Assembly (NCBI GenBank): GCA_030700025.1
Contig: JAUYKI010000010.1
Span: 16,648-80,647 of the forward strand
Source of the DNA: a bacterium
Lineage (GTDB): Bacteria; Patescibacteriota; Minisyncoccia; UBA6257; 02-FULL-45-10c
Length of the DNA: 64,000 nt
Direction: 5' to 3'
The position numbers and the translations under genes were made by a program. Each line of letters starts with the position of its first letter. The stretch's first letter is position 1. The notes under the pieces were generated by a model, which saw only the letters and a program-made list of their open reading frames with translations, was not told the DNA's origin and made no database searches. Below, in pieces: positions 56,961-64,000 of the stretch.

Positions 56961-59324
56961 ATGGCTAAACCAGGAACAACATCCACGCAACAATTCGTTG
57001 AAATTGAGTCTATTGCCAATGATATAGTCAAGTTAAAAAGCGGCGGCCTCCGTAAAATTTTGCTCGTCTCCGGAGTCAATTTTGATCTTAAGTCCGAAGA
57101 AGAACAGGGCCTGATTATTTACGCCTTTCAAGGGTTTTTAAACTCTTTGAGCTTTTCGGTTCAAGTTTTTATCCATTCCCGCAAATTAAACATTGAAGGC
57201 TATCTCCAAAAAATTGCTGAACGGGAAAGCCAAGAATCCAACGACTTATTAAAAAACCAGATAGCCGAGTATCGGGAATTCATCAAGACTTTTGTCAGCC
57301 AGAATGCCATCATGGATAAAACTTTTTTCATAACCGTTCCTTATGATCCTGTCGCTCTGCCTCAGTCCGGCGCCGGCGTTGCCGGAGCGCTAAGCGGGCT
57401 CTTTAAGAAAAAAACTGCGGCTGCCGAACCCGCTCCGGAAGACACCGAACAATTAAAAGCTAATCTAGAACAATTAAACCTCCGGGTAGATGAAGTAACG
57501 AACGGCTTAAATCAAATCGGCTTGCGGACTGTGCCGTTAAATAATGAGGAGTTGTTAGAATTGTTCTATAACATTTATAATCCGGCGTCCGTAGAAAAAC
57601 GAGGCTTGCCCGCCACCGCCGAAGAAGAAATTTCCGCGATTATTTCCCCGCCCGCCCTGGAAATTGATTCCAACTTCTTAAAATTAGGCGATAAGTTCGT
57701 TAAAACTCTTTTTGTTTTTTCCTATCCCCGTTATCTTTCCACCGGCTGGTTCTCCGGAGTAATTAATATGCCGGAACTTTTAGATGTTTCAATTTTCATC
57801 CATCCGGTAGAAACCGCGGCGGCTTTAAAAAATCTCCGGCGCAAAGCCGCCCAGGTGGAGTCCCAGCTGGCAGAACGCCAGCAAAAAGGAATGGTGCGCG
57901 ACCCTATGCTGGATACCGCTTTTCAAGATATTGAGAATTTAAGGGATTCTCTTCAACAAGCCCGGGAACAGCTTTTTAATGTCGGGGTTTATTTGACGCT
58001 CTATGCCAATAGCGCCGAAGAGTTAAAAAAGCTGGAGAGCAAAATAACTAATCTTCTGGAAAGCAGATTGATTTACGTCAAACCGGCGATTTTCCAGCAA
58101 TTGGAAGGCTTTAATTCTAATATTCCGATTAATTCCGACCGCCTGCTAATCCATTCACCGCTTAATTCCGGACCGCTTTCGTCCATCTTCCCATTCACCT
58201 CGGCCAACCTCACTTCAGATAACGGCATTATGTATGGCATTAACCGCCAGAATAACACCCTGGTTATTTTTGACCGGTTTTCTTTAGAAAATGCCAATAT
58301 GGTAATTTTTGCCAAATCCGGAAGCGGAAAAAGCTATTCCACCAAACTGGAAATTCTCCGGCTTCTTATGATGGGAATTGACGTCCTGGTCATTGATCCG
58401 GAAAACGAATACGAAAATCTGGCATCGGCTGTTGGAGGCAGTTTCTTTAAAATTTCACTGGCCTCCGAACACCATGTTAATCCTTTTGACATTCCACAGG
58501 TTCCGGAAGGAGAAGATCCAGCGGATGTCTTGCGGTCCCATATCGTCAATCTTGCCGGCCTTTTTAAGCTAATGCTGGGCCAAATCACTTCCGAAGAAGA
58601 CGCGATTTTGGACCGCGCTATTTCCGAAACTTTCGCTTCCCACGATATCGTGCCTGGAAAAGATTTCTCTACGGCAGTTCCTCCTTTATTGGAAGAGCTT
58701 CAAAAAATTCTGGAAAATATGGACGGGGGCCGGGGATTAGCGGAACGGCTTTATAAATTTACCAGCGGCAGCTATGCCGGATTTACTAATCAACAAACTA
58801 ATATTGATATTAAAAACCGTTTGATTGTTTTTTCTATCCGCGACTTGGAAGATCAGCTCCGCCCGATTGCCATGTATATCGTTCTTAACTTTATCTGGAA
58901 TCTGGTCAGGACCCAATTAAAAAAACGGGTGCTGATTATTGATGAGGCGTGGGTAATTATGAAATACGAGGACGGCGCTAATTTCTTGTTCGGATTAGTA
59001 AAGCGCTGCCGAAAATATTTCCTGGGCGTAACCACCATTACCCAAGACGTGGAAGACTTCCTGAAGTCGCCTTTTGGCCGCCCGATTATCACTAACTCTT
59101 CCATTCAACTTCTGCTGAAACAAGCGCCGGCTATGATTGATACTGTTCAAAAAGCTTTTGCCTTGACCGAAGGCGAAAAAGGACTGCTCTTAGCAGCCAA
59201 TGTCGGCGAAGGATTATTCTTTGCCGGATTAAACCATGTTTCCATCCAAATCATCGCTTCTTATCTGGAAGATAAAATCGTTACTACTAAACCGGAACAA
59301 ATTTTAGCCGGAAAAATAAAATAG
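56961..59324 (+). CDS. virB4: VirB4/TraC/TrbE-family conjugation ATPase
   Basis: 787 aa; Walker A FAKSGSGKSYSTK, Walker B LIIDEAWVIM; VirB4-like N-terminal domain. Confidence 0.85.
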   Translation: MAKPGTTSTQQFVEIESIANDIVKLKSGGLRKILLVSGVNFDLKSEEEQGLIIYAFQGFLNSLSFSVQVFIHSRKLNIEGYLQKIAERESQESNDLLKNQIAEYREFIKTFVSQNAIMDKTFFITVPYDPVALPQSGAGVAGALSGLFKKKTAAAEPAPEDTEQLKANLEQLNLRVDEVTNGLNQIGLRTVPLNNEELLELFYNIYNPASVEKRGLPATAEEEISAIISPPALEIDSNFLKLGDKFVKTLFVFSYPRYLSTGWFSGVINMPELLDVSIFIHPVETAAALKNLRRKAAQVESQLAERQQKGMVRDPMLDTAFQDIENLRDSLQQAREQLFNVGVYLTLYANSAEELKKLESKITNLLESRLIYVKPAIFQQLEGFNSNIPINSDRLLIHSPLNSGPLSSIFPFTSANLTSDNGIMYGINRQNNTLVIFDRFSLENANMVIFAKSGSGKSYSTKLEILRLLMMGIDVLVIDPENEYENLASAVGGSFFKISLASEHHVNPFDIPQVPEGEDPADVLRSHIVNLAGLFKLMLGQITSEEDAILDRAISETFASHDIVPGKDFSTAVPPLLEELQKILENMDGGRGLAERLYKFTSGSYAGFTNQQTNIDIKNRLIVFSIRDLEDQLRPIAMYIVLNFIWNLVRTQLKKRVLIIDEAWVIMKYEDGANFLFGLVKRCRKYFLGVTTITQDVEDFLKSPFGRPIITNSSIQLLLKQAPAMIDTVQKAFALTEGEKGLLLAANVGEGLFFAGLNHVSIQIIASYLEDKIVTTKPEQILAGKIK

Positions 59325-59333
59325 CCAAATACG

Positions 59334-59732
59334 ATGGAAAATAACGAAAGAAAAATTAGCACCGTGGAAGCAATTTTAGCCGTAATTTTTGTCGCTAGCG
59401 CGGATTTAATGGAGTTTTTAGCCAGCCTACTTGCCATTCCGATTCAGGTTATTCCGGTAGTCGGCCAAGGATTGGGCGCCGCATTAATGCTTTTTGCCTG
59501 GCTCTATGGCTTTACCGTAACCGCCCTAACCCTTACTTGGATTTATTTTAAGGGATTGAGTATGCGCTGGTTTTTGGGCGGCAGCGGCTTGGAGCTGATT
59601 CCAGGCATTAACGCGCTTCCTTTGCGCACCGCGGCTATTTTGGCGGTAATTGCCGAAGACCGGTTGCCACTGCTCAAAAAAGCTTCTGGTTTAGTTAAGC
59701 CAACAGCCAAATCAGCCGTAGCCACAAAATAA
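59334..59732 (+). CDS. small membrane protein (132 aa, 3-4 TM)
   Basis: 10 nt after the virB4 stop; hydrophobic. Confidence 0.45.
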   Translation: MENNERKISTVEAILAVIFVASADLMEFLASLLAIPIQVIPVVGQGLGAALMLFAWLYGFTVTALTLTWIYFKGLSMRWFLGGSGLELIPGINALPLRTAAILAVIAEDRLPLLKKASGLVKPTAKSAVATK

Positions 59733-59740
59733 AATCGGGT

Positions 59741-60493
59741 ATGAAATTACAAATCACAAATTATCCCGATTCTGCGGGAATCGAGGACTCTCGATTGCAA
59801 AGCAATCGGAGCAAATCACAAATCATTTCTCGAGGTGTTTTGTTTTTAATTATTGTTTTGATTTTTGGAAATTGGAGTTTAAGCGAAGCCCAGACCGCTC
59901 CGGAATTTATAATTTCCTGGCGGGCAATGAATTACGTTCCTTCCGGTTATCAGGGAAAAGCCTTGCCTATTAATTCAACGCCGATTGAAATCGGCTTGGA
60001 TATCGTAGAATCCGGGAAAATCGTTAGTTTAACTGCTAATGAAATCCGCTGGTTTTTCAACGGCGATTTATTGCGATCCGGCAACGGGCTAAAAACTATC
60101 CGGCTTAACAGCAAAAGCGCCAGCCAGCAAATCCGAGTCGTAGTCGCGAACTATAAAGGGGTGAATTTGGAAAAAATATTTATTATTCCAGCGCAAACTC
60201 CTAAACTGGTTATTGATACCCGCTTGCCTAATTCCAACGCCGGTTTAGGCAAATACCGTTTAGAGGCTCTGCCATATTTTTTCAACATCTTTTCGCTTCA
60301 AGAATTAAAGTTTGACTGGTCCGCTAATAATCAGCCGGTTAGCGGTGAAACAGGAGATCCGCAAATTTTGGATGTGGATTTCTCTTCTGAAAGCGCGCCG
60401 GCCGAAACTAATATCCGCATTTCTGCCATTGTTTCCAATCGTTTTAATCCGGTAGAATTAAGCAGTGGCGCAGTAGAATTAAATGTCCGATAA
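59741..60493 (+). CDS. hypothetical secreted/membrane-anchored protein
   Basis: N-terminal anchor (VLFLIIVLIFGNW); 1-nt gap to the next gene. Confidence 0.45.
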   Translation: MKLQITNYPDSAGIEDSRLQSNRSKSQIISRGVLFLIIVLIFGNWSLSEAQTAPEFIISWRAMNYVPSGYQGKALPINSTPIEIGLDIVESGKIVSLTANEIRWFFNGDLLRSGNGLKTIRLNSKSASQQIRVVVANYKGVNLEKIFIIPAQTPKLVIDTRLPNSNAGLGKYRLEALPYFFNIFSLQELKFDWSANNQPVSGETGDPQILDVDFSSESAPAETNIRISAIVSNRFNPVELSSGAVELNVR

Positions 60494-61219
60494 ATGCCTA
60501 AAAAAACATTTTTAACAATTTTCTTTTTACTAATAGCCGGTTCGGCATTTGCCGTCCAATTGTCCGTTCCGATTCCCTGTCAGAGCACTTCCCTGACTGG
60601 GCAATGCGCCGGCGGATCCGGAACCGATATTTCTGATCCCGCCACCTATGTTGCCAGGATTTACCAATTCGGCCTGTTGGCCGCCGGCGTTACCGCTTTA
60701 GGCGCTTTGGTTTTCGGCGCCACGAAATATATTCTCTCAGCCGGCAATGTCTTTGACCAAGGCGAAGCCAAAAACCAGATACTTAGCGCTATTTATGGCG
60801 TTCTTCTATTATTAGGCGCTTACTTGATTTTAAATACCATTAATCCGGATCTGGTGAGGCTGAAAAATCCTTCTTTAGGAGGAACTTTTAGGGCCCAAGG
60901 CGAATGCGTTACTACCAGTGGCCTTCCGGGGACATTCCAAAATGGCTCTTGCGTCGCTAGCGGGGAACGGACTGCCACTTCTGTTTGCCCGGCCGGACAG
61001 CATTTGGAAGTAAATAATATCGTAGGTAATAGCTGCGTGCCGGATTGCCCGGCCGGACAGCACTTGGTTGGCACTACTTGCCAGCCAATTCAGCCCTCGC
61101 AAGATCAGACCGGCGCGGGCGTTCCCGGCTCTACTGGACAGCCTTTAGGACCGGGGGGAATTCCTTGCCCGGGCGGAACAAATCCAGTGCAAGGCCCAAC
61201 GGGTTTAGAGTGCCGTTAA
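60494..61219 (+). CDS. pilin-like protein with Cys-rich repeat C-terminus (possible VirB2/TrbC-like)
   Basis: signal peptide, two hydrophobic segments (LLAAGVTALGALVFG, ILSAIYGVLLLLGAYLIL), then a duplicated CPAGQHL..C module. Confidence 0.35.
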   Translation: MPKKTFLTIFFLLIAGSAFAVQLSVPIPCQSTSLTGQCAGGSGTDISDPATYVARIYQFGLLAAGVTALGALVFGATKYILSAGNVFDQGEAKNQILSAIYGVLLLLGAYLILNTINPDLVRLKNPSLGGTFRAQGECVTTSGLPGTFQNGSCVASGERTATSVCPAGQHLEVNNIVGNSCVPDCPAGQHLVGTTCQPIQPSQDQTGAGVPGSTGQPLGPGGIPCPGGTNPVQGPTGLECR

Positions 61220-61244
61220 AGATAATTAAATTAAATGGGGATGG

Positions 61245-61363
61245 ATCCCGTTAGAGGCAACTAAACCTAAAATATTATGCCAATCAAAATTAAAAATATA
61301 AAAAGTCGGAAATATTTAATCGGCCTGCTACGGTCGCCTATGGCGACCTGCCTCTAACGGGAT
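61245..61363 (-). repeat. family A inverted-repeat (MITE-like) element E4
   Basis: ATCCCGTTAGAGGCAAC...CCTGCCTCTAACGGGAT; hairpin GGTCGCC-TAT-GGCGACC; interior homologous to E2; right inverted repeat contains the ATG of the 61362 gene. Confidence 0.65.
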
Positions 61364-62447
61364 GGACTGGAAACGAATTTTAAAAATATTTTTTGGAATT
61401 TTAACGCCCATTGCCGTAATTTGGGGGGGTTATTATATTTGGCAGACCCTGAACGCTCCGCCGGCCATTCCGGAACCTAACAATATTCCGACCCAAACCT
61501 TAGTGGATATTCCGACCACGCCATCTTTTTCTACGGTCATGGAAACCCCGATTTTTGATTATTGGATTAACTCTAAAACCGGAGCGGTTTATTATTTGGA
61601 TTTGTCCGGCCAGGTTTTTAAAGCCGGGGAATCCGACAAACCGGTTAATTCCCAAACCCTGAATAATCTGAACGGCATTCAAATTTCCGCGGACGGCACC
61701 TTGGCGCTGGCAAAATTTAATTATCCCGCGCTGGCGACCTTCAGTATTTTTAATACCGTTACCAATGCCTGGCAGCCGCTTCCGGAAGGAACTTCCGCCG
61801 CCGCCTGGGCCGCCAGCACTTCCCAGCTGGTTTATTTAGACGGCAAAGCCGGCAGTTTAAAAATTCTTAATGTTACCTCGCAAAAAACCCAGGAAGTAAT
61901 TAAATTAAATCAAAAAGACATAAAACTATATTGGGTTAATCCGTCAACGATTCTGGTCCAAATCTCCGCGCCATCCATAGAAATGCCGTCCTCCCTCTGG
62001 AGCTTAGATTTAAAAACCAAGCTGTTAAAGCCCCTATTCAGGGATGAGATCGGACTGGCCCTAAACTGGTCCCTGCTGGGAAATTACGGGCTGAAACTGG
62101 TTAATGTCAGCCGGGTTCCGCGAGTCTCATTGATTAATCAGGCCGGCGGTATTTTAAAAGACTTGTCTTTTGTTACTCTGCCGGAAAAATGCGCCTTTAG
62201 CGAAAGTAAAATTTATTGCGGAGTGCCTAGATTTATCCGCGACGGCATCCAACTACCCGATGATTATTATAAAAAAGCCGTCTATTTCCAAGACGACATT
62301 TATTCCATTGATTTAATATCCGGAGAATCTGCCTTATTGTTAAACGGAGACGAAATTTTAATTGATGCCTATCGCCTTTCTTTAGGCAACGGAAAATTGT
62401 ATTTCCTCAATCGCTACGATAACAAACTCTATAATTTGTCCTTATAA
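61362..62447 (+). CDS. hypothetical membrane-anchored protein (361 aa)
   Basis: N-terminal TM (ILKIFFGILTPIAVIWGGYYIW); beta-rich composition. Confidence 0.5.
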   Translation: MDWKRILKIFFGILTPIAVIWGGYYIWQTLNAPPAIPEPNNIPTQTLVDIPTTPSFSTVMETPIFDYWINSKTGAVYYLDLSGQVFKAGESDKPVNSQTLNNLNGIQISADGTLALAKFNYPALATFSIFNTVTNAWQPLPEGTSAAAWAASTSQLVYLDGKAGSLKILNVTSQKTQEVIKLNQKDIKLYWVNPSTILVQISAPSIEMPSSLWSLDLKTKLLKPLFRDEIGLALNWSLLGNYGLKLVNVSRVPRVSLINQAGGILKDLSFVTLPEKCAFSESKIYCGVPRFIRDGIQLPDDYYKKAVYFQDDIYSIDLISGESALLLNGDEILIDAYRLSLGNGKLYFLNRYDNKLYNLSL

Positions 62448-62873
62448 ACCGCTGGGAGAAACTATTACGTGGCGGTCTTTTCCTTCGCCGATGCTTTCGG
62501 TTTTAATATCCGGCCGGGAAGAAAGCTCTACGTGAATCAATCGCCGTTCATAAGCATTCATTGCCGGAAGGTCAATGTTTTGTTTATTTAACATTGCCTT
62601 GCGCGCCGCCGCTTTTGCCAGCTCAACGATCAATCGCTCCCTTTCCCGACGATAATTATTCACGTCTACTATCAAGCTCTCCATTTTCTTCTGCTTGGCG
62701 ATTAAATTTATCAAATGCTCCAAATCCCATATCAATCTTGGAAAGAAATCTTTTAAATCCATTTCGTAAATAAAAATAGAGGCTCTTTTTCCGTCCGGCT
62801 CAATTTCCACGGAAAAATCCTTAAATCCCGCTAAAGTAAAAATTTGTTGGATTGTTTCTTTAAGTTGTTCCAT
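62442..62873 (-). CDS. jag: Jag/SpoIIIJ-associated KH-R3H RNA-binding protein
   Basis: C-terminal R3H motif (YERRLIHVELS); overlaps the yidC-side gene by convention; ATG preceded by ATTCGTATATTAGTATTTC. Confidence 0.8.
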   Translation of the reverse strand: MEQLKETIQQIFTLAGFKDFSVEIEPDGKRASIFIYEMDLKDFFPRLIWDLEHLINLIAKQKKMESLIVDVNNYRRERERLIVELAKAAARKAMLNKQNIDLPAMNAYERRLIHVELSSRPDIKTESIGEGKDRHVIVSPSGL

Positions 62874-62992
62874 ACTTATGAAATACTAATATACGAATTC
62901 ATACTAATTATACTTATGAGATACTAATATACGAATTCATGCTAATGATACGAATATTGGTATGTGCCTATTCGTTAAGGCATTCGCATACT
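62874..62992. repeat. PR-family repeat R4
   Basis: TACTAAT/TACGAAT tandem units plus 36-bp core; core overlaps the yidC stop. Confidence 0.65.
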
Positions 62993-63638
62993 ATATTTTA
63001 ACTGTTTTATTAATGTAAATCTGCTGAATAATGGAGAAAACCGACGTCGCCAGCCAGTAAAGGCCGACAGCCGACGGCAGAGTAGTGAGGATAAATAGGG
63101 TGAAAACCGGGCCAAAATAGACCATATACCGCCCCATTTTCTCCGGCTGGGACAATTCCCTGCCTTTTACGGCAGGCGGCAAAGTCAGCACCCCTTGATA
63201 GTATTGAGCCAAAGCGGCTAAACCAACAATAAATATACTCTTAGTTTTCAGATTTATCAAGCCTAAAAATAAAGTGTTGATTCCCGAAAAATCTCCCGAC
63301 AAAATAACTTGGTAAAGAGCGATTAGAATCGGCAGTTGGATTAAGATTATCAAAAAACTGGAGAGGGGATTAACTTTATATTTTTTATAAAGCCCCATCA
63401 TTTCCTGGGCTTGTTTTTCTTTATTGTCCTTATGGTCATGCTGGATCTTTTGGATTTCCGGCTGGAGTTTTTGCAGAATCAGCTGGTTCTTCGCTCCTTT
63501 ATAAAAAAGCGGGAATAAAACCAGCCTTAATAAAAGAGTGAGTAAAATAATAGCGATGCCTAAATCGTGGAAGGCCCAGTTGTTGTAAAGAAAAATTACG
63601 AAATCGTAAATAGGATTATATAGGTAAGTTTTAAACAT
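62991..63638 (-). CDS. yidC: membrane protein insertase YidC (short form)
   Basis: 215 aa; 5 TM with conserved LxLLxRLxxxPL first-helix region. Confidence 0.85.
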   Translation of the reverse strand: MFKTYLYNPIYDFVIFLYNNWAFHDLGIAIILLTLLLRLVLFPLFYKGAKNQLILQKLQPEIQKIQHDHKDNKEKQAQEMMGLYKKYKVNPLSSFLIILIQLPILIALYQVILSGDFSGINTLFLGLINLKTKSIFIVGLAALAQYYQGVLTLPPAVKGRELSQPEKMGRYMVYFGPVFTLFILTTLPSAVGLYWLATSVFSIIQQIYINKTVKI

Positions 63639-63695
63639 AATACTATATTAATTTCTAATTCCTAATAGAATATCCAATGATTTTACTCTTAGGAA

Positions 63696-63998
63696 TTAAT
63701 AATTTTTAAATATTGCTTGAATTTCTTTTTTTAACTCTTCCGGGTTCAATGACGCGGCTTGGGGCGAGACAATAATTAAAAAATCTCTTTTATCATTGCT
63801 GCCATTTTTCACAAATTCCTTTAAGGAATTAAAAAGGGTTCTTTTAATTTTATTCCGAACTACCGCTCCTTTGGCTACTTTTTTACTGATTATAACGCCA
63901 ATCCGGTTAAACTCTAATTGATTGGGAAAAAATTTTAATAAAAAATAGCGGCTTCTTGCTGTTTGGCCGCTTTTTTTAACAACCGATTGGATTGGCAA
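63696..63998 (-). CDS. rnpA: RNase P protein component
   Basis: basic 100-aa ORF; RNR-like region (KIKRTLFNSLKEF) and conserved central segment; canonical position upstream of yidC. Confidence 0.75.
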   Translation of the reverse strand: MPIQSVVKKSGQTARSRYFLLKFFPNQLEFNRIGVIISKKVAKGAVVRNKIKRTLFNSLKEFVKNGSNDKRDFLIIVSPQAASLNPEELKKEIQAIFKNY

Positions 63999-64000
63999 AC

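Noticed and set aside
1-64000. rRNA genes, prophage blocks, integrons
   Set aside because: No 16S, 23S or 5S-like conserved stretches. No capsid, terminase or integrase-attachment architecture beyond the single xerC/D-type recombinase.

Overview
This 64 kb window is mostly single-copy housekeeping genes with frequent AGGAGG ribosome-binding sites, about 45-47% GC, modest protein sizes and several tRNA genes that do not encode CCA. By inference it resembles a small-genome bacterium of the candidate phyla radiation (CPR/Patescibacteria) type; the sequence alone does not prove this.

Recognisable genes are recG, a zupT-like ZIP transporter, two clpP paralogs, aroK, tyrS, tig, a membrane H+-pyrophosphatase, nusA, yraN, a CCA-adding enzyme, a CDP-alcohol phosphatidyltransferase, a short ribosomal protein S1, ftsH, a Nudix hydrolase, xerC/D, rpsO, an NYN-domain gene, pnp, comM, a dksA/traR-like zinc finger, an M23/LysM peptidase, uvrD/pcrA, rsmA, and rnpA-yidC-jag at the right edge.

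Several accessory features stand out:
- Mobile and split tRNA loci: a nested/split tRNA-Pro-like locus at 24517-24694, and an AT-rich GIY-YIG nuclease cassette with 24-bp perfect inverted repeats beside tRNA-Ala.
- Islands of elevated GC: a block carrying acyl-CoA dehydrogenase, isocitrate lyase and malate synthase (the glyoxylate shunt), and a second block of three unknown proteins at 44.2-47.1 kb.
- Repeat families: two short inverted-repeat families with four copies each, one supplying the ATG of two genes and the other including copies on both sides of xerC; a mosaic GC-rich structured element family sitting directly against the -35 boxes of the nusA and rpsA promoters; and a further repeat family placing a TCGTATATTGGCATTAC motif just upstream of five start codons, including type IV secretion genes.
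- A 640-bp regulatory hotspot with many TGTTTCAC palindromes upstream of a small DMT-like membrane protein.
- A type IV secretion-like cluster (VirB6-like, VirB3-like, VirB4, pilin-like).

No rRNA genes and no CRISPR array are present.
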